DNA from: an uncultured Bacteriovoracaceae bacterium
Lineage (GTDB): Bacteria > Bdellovibrionota > Bacteriovoracia > Bacteriovoracales > Bacteriovoracaceae
DNA length: 64,000 nt
Assembly: GCA_964012805.1 (NCBI GenBank)
Contig: CAXGUD010000018.1
Span: forward strand, 18,802 to 82,801
Direction: 5' to 3'
Shown here: piece by piece, positions 28,756-38,314 of the stretch
Layout of the letters: each line of letters opens with the position of its first letter
Position numbering within the stretch: position 1 is the stretch's first letter
Translations under genes and position numbers: made by a program
Notes under the pieces: model-generated
Databases searched by the model: none
The model's input: only the letters and a program-made list of their open reading frames with translations
What the model was told of the DNA's origin: nothing

Positions 28756-28778
28756 GTAATATTGGTGAGCTAGGAGGT

Positions 28779-30458
28779 TTATTGACAACTGTCAGGCCCC
28801 TCCCACTTATCAGATCTTTTGAAAACATTAGTGAATAATTGATTATCCCAGCTTTTGGTCACTTTTTTATTATCGACTAAAAGGTTAATTTCTCTTGAAT
28901 GATTCCATGATTGGGTGTCCATGTTAGCAGTTCCTACGATGGCCAACTGGTCATCAACCGTGGCATACTTTGCATGCATTGCATCTGGTCTACCTTTTCC
29001 TTCATCATCCACAACTGAACTACTATCATCTACACGAACTCCATCGGGCCTGGTGTACCATCTCAGATGAAGATACTTTTCTACTTTCTGTTTATTATTA
29101 GTTAATTTAAGTGCCTTTTTATAAAGTCTGCAATAACCTTTTCTATTATCTCCACCTTGTCCGGGGTAGTTCTCAGTGCTGCGGTTGAAACCAAAAGTTG
29201 TAACAAGTTTCACATGAACACCTCTTTTGATAGCATTCGCTAAAGATTTAATAGCATCGTCATCATTAAAGTTAGGGCTTAAAATATGAATATGACTTTT
29301 GGCCCCTCCAAAGGAAACCAAGTATGCTTGGTCTTGTGTATTATCAATATTATATCCTTGCTTTATATTTTTGTGGTTTTTTACCCACCGATTCATCCAA
29401 ATTTTAAACCCTTTGAAAACTTCAGGAAATCCATTTCCTACTCTCGTCGTTACAGCTATCCTCACATTTTTTAGGGCATCACCACGGTTTTCTTCAAAAA
29501 ATTTCATGACTGGAAAGGTTTTAAATTTTGGTTTTGGGGGAAGTCCAAGAGATCTTGATACGGAGTTAAATGAACTCTTATTATTTTCAATCCAGTTTGC
29601 ATCTAAATTTGTCCATGCTCTACAAATAAACGTTCTTCCCCAGTTACATCCAAGTTTTTTTCTAAATTTTTTTAACTCTTTTATATCATCTTTAAATTGG
29701 TTGTCATATGAAATAGCTTGAACCCATGCACTTACAAAGTCTTCTCTCATTGCCTTAGCGGCAGTTCCTGCAACTGTAAAACCAAGATCATACCAGGCAT
29801 GAGGTTCATTTAAGTAATTTTGTGGGTTTGTTCCCATAATCATACCTATTTGATTATCAACGACGAGGGTTTTACCGTGAAGACTTCCAATGTAGGCATG
29901 TTCATACTTTTGTACGTTTATATTTATATTAGGTAATTTCTTTGAAAAGTTTAAAATATACTTTTTTGCCAATTGATAATTTTCGGAAAGGGAAACTGCT
30001 GTAGGAATTGGTCCTAGGTTTTCTGCTTTTAACTTCTTTACGACTTTTCTTAACTTTCCGTGTGCCCTTTGAAGGATTGTTGAGTCGATTAAAACAAATA
30101 CTTTTGGCTTTACTTTACTTTTTTGGTGACGTTTGTTGAGCTCTATAAGTCCTTTAAATATTTTTTGAGCCGCTTGGGATTGGCTCTCCCACCAAAAAGT
30201 TTGTATTAAGATTTCATGATTAGCTTTAGAAATTAAAGTTTGGAAGCGATCAAATACTTCTTGAGACGCATGACCGTTAAGGTCTATTATATTGTTACTG
30301 GAAAAGTAACTTTCTTCTGATACTGTACCTTGGCCTATAAAGGGTTTTGTTTTCTTTAATACTTTGTTTAAAAGTTCACTTGCATTTCCTCTTACAGTAT
30401 AAAACACCAACCAAACCACGATGAAAAATATATAGGTGATAAATTTTTTGTATTTCAT
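28779..30458 (-). CDS. Secreted phospholipase D-family enzyme (start moved from 30569 to ATG 30458)
   Basis: Two HKD motifs, HGKTLVVD and HAKYATVD...GTANMD.QS....EI; signal peptide MKYKKF...RGNA after a GGGAGG RBS. Confidence 0.9.
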   Translation of the reverse strand: MKYKKFITYIFFIVVWLVFYTVRGNASELLNKVLKKTKPFIGQGTVSEESYFSSNNIIDLNGHASQEVFDRFQTLISKANHEILIQTFWWESQSQAAQKIFKGLIELNKRHQKSKVKPKVFVLIDSTILQRAHGKLRKVVKKLKAENLGPIPTAVSLSENYQLAKKYILNFSKKLPNININVQKYEHAYIGSLHGKTLVVDNQIGMIMGTNPQNYLNEPHAWYDLGFTVAGTAAKAMREDFVSAWVQAISYDNQFKDDIKELKKFRKKLGCNWGRTFICRAWTNLDANWIENNKSSFNSVSRSLGLPPKPKFKTFPVMKFFEENRGDALKNVRIAVTTRVGNGFPEVFKGFKIWMNRWVKNHKNIKQGYNIDNTQDQAYLVSFGGAKSHIHILSPNFNDDDAIKSLANAIKRGVHVKLVTTFGFNRSTENYPGQGGDNRKGYCRLYKKALKLTNNKQKVEKYLHLRWYTRPDGVRVDDSSSVVDDEGKGRPDAMHAKYATVDDQLAIVGTANMDTQSWNHSREINLLVDNKKVTKSWDNQLFTNVFKRSDKWEGPDSCQ

Positions 30459-30626
30459 CAATGGCCTCCCAAAGCTAGAAAAATCAAAAGCCTTTTCGGT
30501 TTTTCTAAAAAATAAGTTACAAAAAAAGAAATATTTTCTGAAACAGAAAAGAGGAAAAAAATTCTCCATAAAAGAAAAGAATGATTATCCATTTTTCTAG
30601 ATAGATTAAAGCCGAAAGAGTTAATT

Positions 30627-33600
30627 ATGAAAGATATATTTAAGAAAAAGAAATTTAGGATAATTTTATTAATCTATTTGATCTTTTTTCCAAATTTTTT
30701 CGTCTACGCTCTTCCTAGTAGTAAGAATGAATCAATTGATAATAAAAAAAATGATGGACCTTTAATTATTGGCGGGAAGGTAGATAAAAACAAGTGCTTT
30801 AATTATTTAGGAGAAGCAGAGACTGAAATAGGAAGTTTTAAAAAAATAACTAATTTTTTGGGCTGTAATTCTATTTCTAAACCTCTCAGCTTTTGCAAAT
30901 GCCTTAAAACTTTGGGTGGCGATGCCCCAAATATAGTAAGAGATATACCAAAAGAAATAATAGAAACTCTTACTAGTAAAAAAATTAAAGATTTGGATGA
31001 AATAAAAAAAACAAAAGAAAGTTTTGTATCTACCTTTGATGGAGTTGAAAAGAAAAAGATATCTTTTCAATTCGATCAAATCTATTGTGAAGCTCTTAAA
31101 AATTATGAAGATCAAAGAAATAAAAACGATCTTCTGGCCAAAGAAATTATAAAAGATATTGATGAAATAGAAAAAAAATTAATTGGCCTTGAATCGAAAA
31201 TTGAACAATCTTATGGAAAAATAGAAGAAAAAAGAAAAGATTTAAAAAAGTTTAAAAAGCAATTAAAATTAAAAAAAATTTCTAAAGACCAGTATTTGGA
31301 AAAGGAAAAAGAATTCATTACTTTTAAGAAAGAAATGGAAGAAAAAATAAGGTTAATAAAAAAAGAAAAAGAGGAAAAGAAATTTTCAGAAAAACTAATA
31401 TTTAGCTTTCATATGCTTAAAATTACAGATCCTATAAGTTTAGATCTTATAAAAAATAAAATTGAAAAAGAGTTAAAAGATGAGAGCGTACCAATTACAA
31501 AAAAACATGCTCTTTATGAACTGATTTATTACCTTGGCAAAAAGGGAGATGACGAATCAGTAAAATATCTTGGTGATTTAATTTCAAAAATAGATCCGGA
31601 TCATCCAATTTACAACTCAGTTGTTAAGGCCCTTGGTTTTTCAAGAAATCCGAAAGGATTTGAAAGGCTTTATGAAAAATTAAAAAAAGATAGTAAAATA
31701 AGGTCTTACCAAAAGAATTTTTATTTTTACAAGTCTTTGGGTCTTATGATGGAAAACAACCCGAAATTAATTGAAAATAAAATTAATGATTTTAAAAATC
31801 TTAAGCCAAATGATAAAAAAGACCTTCTTCTTATTCTAGCAAATGTTAAGAATGATAAGGTCTATGATTTTCTTAAAACAGCAAATAAAAAGGATGAGAG
31901 AGGTATTGTTTATGAATCATTAAAGGATATTTTGTCGGATATAAAGACTAAAGAAGAAAGGGAAAGAGTAAAAAATGTTTTAGAAGATCAAATTCAAATA
32001 GGTTTATTAAGAAACACAAAGGTAAATTTGGATAATTTTTTGTATGAAAAAATAATAAACTCCAACCTTGAGTCAATGAAATCTGACTATTCAAAAATCC
32101 AATTCTCAGAGCGTTTACTAAATTTAGAGAGATACGACTTGGTTGTGAAAATTATAGGTAAGAACCAAGATAAACTGCTAGAGAATGAGAGCTATATAAA
32201 CGGTCTTTTTAAGGGGTTAATCCGGAAAGTAAGCTCGGATAGTAAAAATTTAAAAATGGATGACCTTAGAAAGACGAGCGAAGCACTGAGAGAACTTGGT
32301 AAAAGTGAAAACCCTAAAGTTAAATCTATGGCGAAGGAAGCTCTTCTTAAGATTGGCGATCCAAATGAAATAAAAAGAGTTTTAAATGAGTCCAAGAGTG
32401 ATAATAAAAGAGAAAAATCTTTGTCTGAATTACAAAATGTAAGAGCAAAAGACCGCTTTACCCAGCAAAATGTGATAAAGCATTATGAAAAGGCCGTCAA
32501 AGAATTAACTAAACCTAAAAAAAATGAAACGGTTTCAGAGAAAAAAGAAAGAGAAAAAAAATTAAAAGACTTTAAAAATTCTAATTTCGGGAAATTAATT
32601 GAATTTCAAAAAGAGTCCATTAAAAAATCGAAGGAAACTGACGTTGGAAAAAAATTAGCTTCTATGGATTATGGAAGGATTAGAGGCAGTAATGATTACC
32701 AAAACTTTTTTGGTCGGCCTAGAAGTTTAACTAAGCCAATTTTGGGAAAAACAAAGTTAACCCCACCTTCCGACGAATTAGACTTCCAAGAAAAAAAGAT
32801 TGGGAAAATGCCGTCTATCAATCCCTTCTCGTCTTTAATCAAAAGTAAAAAGATTAACCAAGCGGAAAAAATTTCAGAGAAAGATAAGGCCTTAGCTGAA
32901 AAGTATATGAAAAAAGTATTTAATCATGAAATACAAAAGGCACCAAAAAACCTATTGCTTCCAGAAAAAAGCCTAAAACCAATAAGTTCTTTTAAAAGCA
33001 AAAATAGCTTAAAGAGGGAGCTAAGAAAATTAGAGAGTGATATAAACTATAAAGAAAATATGTTGGCCCGATCGTTTGGTAGTTCTCAAGGGGATGAATT
33101 TTGGAAAAATAACAATTTGAGGAGTCGTTTAAATGATTCGAGAAAAGAAGCCTTCAGAAATTTAAAAGAAGAATTAGAGACAAAGAAAAACTTTATCGAA
33201 TTACCTAAAAAGAACAATAAGAAAAGTATTTCAAGAACCAAATCCCCTTTTGTAGACGATAATCCAACTTCTTTCACGGCACCGAAAGAGGTTATCGAAA
33301 AACCAACATTAAAAAATTTGAAAGTTGATGGCGCTGAACCGATTACTGGAAATAATTTTAATCAAAAAGACTATAATTACTCTAAAGTTCAAAGCGCTTC
33401 TGAATTATTGGACGACTTAGTCAATGATAAACCACTGTATTTTACTTCTAAAATGGAAAAGGAAGATGATTTCCTCAAGGAGGAGGAATTTAAAATCCTT
33501 CTAATTAGTAAAGAAAATAAAAATAGTAAAATGATTAAAGAAGAGGTTATAGCTGTAGAAGAAGAGTTTTTATCCCTGGAAGAAACAGAAAGAGAAAAGA

Positions 33601-33830
33601 GGCTTATAAAGTTATTTGAAAGAACTGATGCTGTGAACCTGGTATTAAGAACCCCTAAGGGTATTTTAATAAGAGTTGAGCGTAAAGTTAAGTTACTAAA
33701 AAAACCATCTGTCGTAAAGGCTCATGAAGAAAGAATCATAATTGAAGATAAATTAAGTGAAAAAGAAAAAAGGGTAGATGACCTTTATAAAAAGTTAAAA
33801 AGTTTCCTTAAAAAAAGCAAAACAAGATAA
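30627..33830 (+). CDS. Large exported Lys-rich hypothetical protein with coiled coil and HEAT-like repeats
   Basis: Signal peptide; Cys cluster near the N-terminus; coiled coil; HEAT-like segments ALYELIYYLGKKGDDESVKYL, VVKALGFSRNPKG, AKEALLKIGD. Confidence 0.7.
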   Translation: MKDIFKKKKFRIILLIYLIFFPNFFVYALPSSKNESIDNKKNDGPLIIGGKVDKNKCFNYLGEAETEIGSFKKITNFLGCNSISKPLSFCKCLKTLGGDAPNIVRDIPKEIIETLTSKKIKDLDEIKKTKESFVSTFDGVEKKKISFQFDQIYCEALKNYEDQRNKNDLLAKEIIKDIDEIEKKLIGLESKIEQSYGKIEEKRKDLKKFKKQLKLKKISKDQYLEKEKEFITFKKEMEEKIRLIKKEKEEKKFSEKLIFSFHMLKITDPISLDLIKNKIEKELKDESVPITKKHALYELIYYLGKKGDDESVKYLGDLISKIDPDHPIYNSVVKALGFSRNPKGFERLYEKLKKDSKIRSYQKNFYFYKSLGLMMENNPKLIENKINDFKNLKPNDKKDLLLILANVKNDKVYDFLKTANKKDERGIVYESLKDILSDIKTKEERERVKNVLEDQIQIGLLRNTKVNLDNFLYEKIINSNLESMKSDYSKIQFSERLLNLERYDLVVKIIGKNQDKLLENESYINGLFKGLIRKVSSDSKNLKMDDLRKTSEALRELGKSENPKVKSMAKEALLKIGDPNEIKRVLNESKSDNKREKSLSELQNVRAKDRFTQQNVIKHYEKAVKELTKPKKNETVSEKKEREKKLKDFKNSNFGKLIEFQKESIKKSKETDVGKKLASMDYGRIRGSNDYQNFFGRPRSLTKPILGKTKLTPPSDELDFQEKKIGKMPSINPFSSLIKSKKINQAEKISEKDKALAEKYMKKVFNHEIQKAPKNLLLPEKSLKPISSFKSKNSLKRELRKLESDINYKENMLARSFGSSQGDEFWKNNNLRSRLNDSRKEAFRNLKEELETKKNFIELPKKNNKKSISRTKSPFVDDNPTSFTAPKEVIEKPTLKNLKVDGAEPITGNNFNQKDYNYSKVQSASELLDDLVNDKPLYFTSKMEKEDDFLKEEEFKILLISKENKNSKMIKEEVIAVEEEFLSLEETEREKRLIKLFERTDAVNLVLRTPKGILIRVERKVKLLKKPSVVKAHEERIIIEDKLSEKEKRVDDLYKKLKSFLKKSKTR

Positions 33831-33856
33831 GAAGGTAATAGAATAGGAAAAAAATA

Positions 33857-34963
33857 GTGCGTCTTTTATTAATTACTTACATTATCACTTTTTCTTGTTT
33901 TGATGTTTTTTCATCGGAATGGATTTGTGATAAGCAAAAATCTTATGCAGAAGGGAGTGAATTCTACTCTTGTGGCTCTGGAATCGCCAAGAATGAAGAG
34001 AAGGCTTGCAAAAAGGCCCTGCAGTCTGCCCATGAAGAATTTATGTATATTTGTGAAAATTCTTATCATTGCAAAGGTAAAGAGAAAATCGTCAAGCCAG
34101 GGAAAATTAAAGTAACTAAAAAAAATGGAGTTTATCGCTGTCTCAGAGAGTTTAAATATAAAATTTTAGATATCAAAAAAGAAGGTATAACTTATAACAA
34201 AAAAAACAGACTTCCATCCTCAGAAGATAGAAAAGTGACAGAAGAGGAACTTCAAAAAAAGATAAAAGAACTAAAATCTTTGAAGAAAAAACTTTATGAA
34301 ATAAAAAAACTAGAGGCATTGGAAAAAGAAATTCGCGCTAAAAAGCAAGAATTAAGGAGGGTACAAAATAAAAAGAATCATAAACCTACAGTTTATAAAA
34401 AGCCTTCTAATTTTATGGAAAAGTTGAAGGATTGGTCCCTTTTAGAGTACAGGCAGGTGGCTGGTTGGTTGTTTGGTTTTGGTTTTGCTAAGGATCCTTA
34501 CTATAACAATTCCTTTTTATCTTTTGAGTTAGGTTACAGAAAGTTTTTGTTTGGTAACCTTTCCCTTAATTTCTTTGTTGGTTTGGGAGGAGGAATTATT
34601 TATTCTGCAAAAGGTGAATCTTATGATACCGACATTTGCTATAGTTATTGTTCAAAAGAACCAAAAGAAAACCCTCAAATGACTGGGAGTATGGCGGATT
34701 ACTTTTTATCGATACCAATAAGGTACAGGCGTGTTGAGTTTACTATAGAAAAAGGATTTGTTGATCTTGATTTTGATATTAAAACTTTTACAAAACAGGG
34801 CTATTATTGGCAGGGTACAGATTCATATCTTGTTGAACACCATGATTATAGTGGGTTTGGAGTTCGTTTTTTCTTTGGGCGAGGAATGTGGAGTGTTGCT
34901 TACCGAGAAAGAGTATTTAAAAATAAAAAAATCTGGGGTATTGTGGGAAGTCTAGGCTTTTAA
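33857..34963 (+). CDS. Exported protein: Cys-rich N-domain, coiled coil, C-terminal beta-barrel
   Basis: Signal peptide; 6 Cys in the first ~100 aa; EELQKKIKELKSLKKKL heptads; beta strands ending GIVGSLGF. Confidence 0.65.
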   Translation: MRLLLITYIITFSCFDVFSSEWICDKQKSYAEGSEFYSCGSGIAKNEEKACKKALQSAHEEFMYICENSYHCKGKEKIVKPGKIKVTKKNGVYRCLREFKYKILDIKKEGITYNKKNRLPSSEDRKVTEEELQKKIKELKSLKKKLYEIKKLEALEKEIRAKKQELRRVQNKKNHKPTVYKKPSNFMEKLKDWSLLEYRQVAGWLFGFGFAKDPYYNNSFLSFELGYRKFLFGNLSLNFFVGLGGGIIYSAKGESYDTDICYSYCSKEPKENPQMTGSMADYFLSIPIRYRRVEFTIEKGFVDLDFDIKTFTKQGYYWQGTDSYLVEHHDYSGFGVRFFFGRGMWSVAYRERVFKNKKIWGIVGSLGF

Positions 34964-35453
34964 TATAGTAATTTGATTCTCTCCCAATTTTCCTATACCT
35001 CTCAACAAAAAATTGAATGACATCCCAGTTCTCTAAAAAAATAAATGTTAAATCAAGAAGATTTTTCCCAAGACCTTTAATAGATATAAATAAACTTTTA
35101 TGAGTATCAAGGGTTATTTCAATAAGTCCCATTTTTTTTGCGATCAACAATATTATTAATTATGAATAAGCTTTATTTTTAGGTTTTAATTTACAACTCT
35201 TTGAAGGTCTAGCTTATTCCAAGTTTTTTAAATAGAGGCGTAAGGTTTTTTATCAATAACTTTAATTGAGTTTGGCCAAAGAAAAATGTAAAAAAATTGA
35301 GGTTAGAAGCTCAAACTACTGTTAAAACGAGGTTTAAATCAAAAAAAATATAAAGGTATCCTATATAAGTTCTTATAATCACATTTGAGTTAGAAAAAGA
35401 CTGGAAAATTACGAGATTAAGTCAATAAAAAAGTAAAATAGAACTAGAAAAGA

Positions 35454-36524
35454 GTGATAACTTTAAACTGGACAGGGCCTAAAAGTTTTTGCCCGGCACG
35501 GTTTTTAAAAGGCTTTAAAATCAGGGAGGCCGTTATTTTTAAGGTAGATAATTATAACAAAGATACCTTAGGAGTGAACGAACATTTTATTTATAAAATG
35601 TCTCGTCTTGGCGTTATGATTTCGGTCTTAAGTCCCATTTGTCTTTTTTGGGCAGGGTTTAGATGGGAATGGTTAGTCGCTTGTCTCATCGTTCACCGTT
35701 TTCTTTTATGGGGGCATAGTATGTGTTTACACACTTACTTTTCCCATGGAGCTTTTAAGGCGAAAAGGTGGTTTCAGTTTTTTATGGGTTGCGTGGGAAC
35801 AATGGCCCATCTTGGATCTCTAAACGCCTATGCTGGGATTCATGTTAATGTTCATCATCCAAATGCGGACAAAGATGGTGATGCTCATTCACCTATACAT
35901 GGTTTCTGGCACGCTTTCATTGCTTGGCGGTACAAAGAACACTTCACGAATCCCAAAGGTGTTAAACCGGTGAGAGTCAAATCAGTTTATAACTGGGTAG
36001 ACCCTCGCTTTAAAAACTATCCTGAAATTAGGTTTTTGTGGAGGTATGGCTTTCAAATGCAAAACCTTTCCTTCCCGCTCGCTTATCTGTTAGGGATGGT
36101 TCTTGAATATTACTTTCCAGCTCATATTACGGCCATGGCCTTTTTTGTTTATATAAAGTGTCTACCTTGCCTCGCTGTCCAACTAGGTCTTCTCTCTATT
36201 AATGTAATGGGACATAGCCATTGGTTTGGATATAAGAGCTTTAACTCTGATGATAACTCGAGAAACTCATTTATAGCTTTTCTTATCTGGGGAAGTACAT
36301 GCTTTCATAATAACCACCATATGTTTCCAAAAAGTGCGAGAACAGGACTATCATTTTGGGAAACGTGCTTTGATTTTGATTACCTTGGGCTTAAGGTTCT
36401 TGAAAAGTTTGGTGTTGTTTGGGGTATTATTGAGCCCTCAAAAGAAAGAATTGAAAAAGAAAGAGAGGCGTATAGAGTGACTGAAAATAAAGAGCTTTTT
36501 ATCGACCTTGATAGTGCTGCGTAG
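35454..36524 (+). CDS. Membrane fatty-acid (acyl-CoA/acyl-lipid) desaturase; start uncertain
   Basis: His boxes HTYFSH, HVNVHH, HNNHH; D.HSP.HGFW.A; NVMGH; S.N; FP.SAR.G. Confidence 0.92.
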   Translation: MITLNWTGPKSFCPARFLKGFKIREAVIFKVDNYNKDTLGVNEHFIYKMSRLGVMISVLSPICLFWAGFRWEWLVACLIVHRFLLWGHSMCLHTYFSHGAFKAKRWFQFFMGCVGTMAHLGSLNAYAGIHVNVHHPNADKDGDAHSPIHGFWHAFIAWRYKEHFTNPKGVKPVRVKSVYNWVDPRFKNYPEIRFLWRYGFQMQNLSFPLAYLLGMVLEYYFPAHITAMAFFVYIKCLPCLAVQLGLLSINVMGHSHWFGYKSFNSDDNSRNSFIAFLIWGSTCFHNNHHMFPKSARTGLSFWETCFDFDYLGLKVLEKFGVVWGIIEPSKERIEKEREAYRVTENKELFIDLDSAA

Positions 36525-36581
36525 ACTTAATTGCCCAAAATCCTCACTAATCTTTTTTTTACCTCTTAAAAATCCTTAACC

Positions 36582-37412
36582 TTAACCTTCGTCTACATAA
36601 TTTTCCATGTTTCGAAGTCTCTTTAAGAGGATAAAAAGAAGAAAAGAAAACGTCAGTCCGAAGTGAACGAGTTCCAAAGAAAGGTTTTTGGTGAGCTCAT
36701 GATTCCCAAAAAGCTCTTTTGAAAGAGTGTTAAAGGTCCCAATATGGGGGAAAAAAGTGTGAAGGAAGGCATAAATTCCTTGGCCTAGGTTTTTAATTTG
36801 AGTGAGTCCTTCAAAATATTTTCCCGCAAAGATTTCGTTTGAAAAAGAAACAAAGCTAGAAAAGAGGAGGGTGATTAAAAGGGCCCAAACTCTTGAAAAG
36901 AAAAGCGAAAAGAGCGCCCCAAGTGTAATGACGGCAAGGATTGGAATGGAGCTCATGATAAGAGAAGAAAAAAGAGGCCAGGCAAAATCAAACCCCTCTT
37001 TCCCTTTATAACCAAAAACTAAAAAGGCCAAAAGGAGGGAGAGAATATAATAACCCATCACGATAAGCCAAGTACCAACAAGCCTAGAGGTTATATAATT
37101 GATCCTTGAAAGAGGGAGGGAAAGGATTTCTTCAAGGACTCCTTCCTGAACGTCGCTTCTAATGCAGCTGACGCCTAAAAGGGCCCCCATTATAAAATTC
37201 CAAGAAGAAATAATATAATAAAAGAGATCGAGCTTAAAATTAAAAAGAGAAAACGTTTGTCCCTGAAAAAGCTTATCTTTAATAAAGTCAAAAAAAGTTT
37301 GGTCCATCCAAAGAATGAAGAGGGTAAATAGGAAGAGAAAAATAAGAGTTTTATTTCTGTATTCCTTTTGAACCGTGTTTTGGACAAGGAGAAAAAAGGT
37401 CCGACCCCTCAT
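36582..37412 (-). CDS. ABC-2 type transporter permease
   Basis: Six hydrophobic segments, D...G.LE.ILSLP+SR motif; ATGA overlap with the ATPase gene. Confidence 0.88.
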   Translation of the reverse strand: MRGRTFFLLVQNTVQKEYRNKTLIFLFLFTLFILWMDQTFFDFIKDKLFQGQTFSLFNFKLDLFYYIISSWNFIMGALLGVSCIRSDVQEGVLEEILSLPLSRINYITSRLVGTWLIVMGYYILSLLLAFLVFGYKGKEGFDFAWPLFSSLIMSSIPILAVITLGALFSLFFSRVWALLITLLFSSFVSFSNEIFAGKYFEGLTQIKNLGQGIYAFLHTFFPHIGTFNTLSKELFGNHELTKNLSLELVHFGLTFSFLLFILLKRLRNMENYVDEG

Positions 37413-38146
37413 AGGTGAGCTTCCTTGTTTGAATTAATGGTTTGGATGAAGAAATCCTCTAAGTCCTGGTCTATTTCCTGAATCTTCTTTAAGGCCAGAA
37501 GTTTCCCTTTGTCGATAATGGCAAGGGAATCACAAAGGCGCTCCACTTCACTTAGGATATGGGAGTTAATGATAATCGTCGTCCCTTCACTATTAAGTTT
37601 TTTCAAAAGATCTTTTAAATCTTTAATGAGAAGGGGGTCAAGGCCCCCAAAGGGTTCATCGAGGATCAGGACTTTAGGGTTTCCTAAAATTAATTGGGAA
37701 AGCCCCACTCTTTGGAGCTGTCCTTTAGACAATTGCTTTATCTTTTTTCTGGCAAGATCACGAATAGAGAGTTCTTCCATGGCCTTTTCAATCCCAGGCG
37801 TTCTTTCTTTTTTATTTGAAATTTTAAAAACGCTAAAAAACTGAAGAGCTTCTCTGACCGTTGCGTTCGGGTAAAAGGAGAATTTTTCAGGAAGGTAGGA
37901 TATGTGATTCCTCGCTTCAGGTTTATGGTGAGGGATACCGTTGATGGTAATATGACCTTTATCTAAATCCGTTAAGTCAAGTATACTCCTGACAAAAGTC
38001 GTTTTTCCGGCCCCGTTAGGGCCTAAAAGCCCAAAAAAAGACCCCTTTTCAAGAGAAAGAGAGAAGTTAGATAACGCCTTGAACTCCCCAAATGTCTTGG
38101 TAAGGTTTGTTGCTTTTATGATGGTTGAATCCGTACTTTTTTCCAT
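37409..38146 (-). CDS. ABC transporter ATP-binding protein
   Basis: GPNGAGKTT, LSKGQLQR, ILDEP, SH.L.EVE..CD. Confidence 0.96.
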   Translation of the reverse strand: MEKSTDSTIIKATNLTKTFGEFKALSNFSLSLEKGSFFGLLGPNGAGKTTFVRSILDLTDLDKGHITINGIPHHKPEARNHISYLPEKFSFYPNATVREALQFFSVFKISNKKERTPGIEKAMEELSIRDLARKKIKQLSKGQLQRVGLSQLILGNPKVLILDEPFGGLDPLLIKDLKDLLKKLNSEGTTIIINSHILSEVERLCDSLAIIDKGKLLALKKIQEIDQDLEDFFIQTINSNKEAHL

Positions 38147-38314
38147 GAGGAATCTTACAATAGAAGACTTCTTTTTGGCCTCAAAAAAAACCTAAAATTT
38201 TCTTAATATTACTTCCGTTTATAATAAAACCGCCCTTATTTCCGAAAAGAAAAGGGATAAAAGGAGGCTTTTATTTCGAAAAAAGTCAAAGAAAAGTACC
38301 TTTTTTTATTTTTT

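Noticed and set aside
25632..30458. Patatin plus PLD as a CBASS or other anti-phage system
   Set aside because: No CD-NTase, Cap2/3 or other defence core gene in the window; the PLD has a signal peptide and the genes are not adjacent.
34917..35150. 77-aa minus-strand ORF with a GNAT-like fragment (AKKMGLIEITLDT)
   Set aside because: Resemblance is too short, there is no RBS and it overlaps the upstream gene end; may be a remnant but cannot be supported.
35465..35505. GGGCCTAAA...GCCC hairpin as a c-di-GMP-I riboswitch (a similar GGCCTAAA occurs near 12398)
   Set aside because: The GGCAAA / GAAA tetraloop / GACGCAAA elements are absent; an Infernal Rfam scan would settle it.
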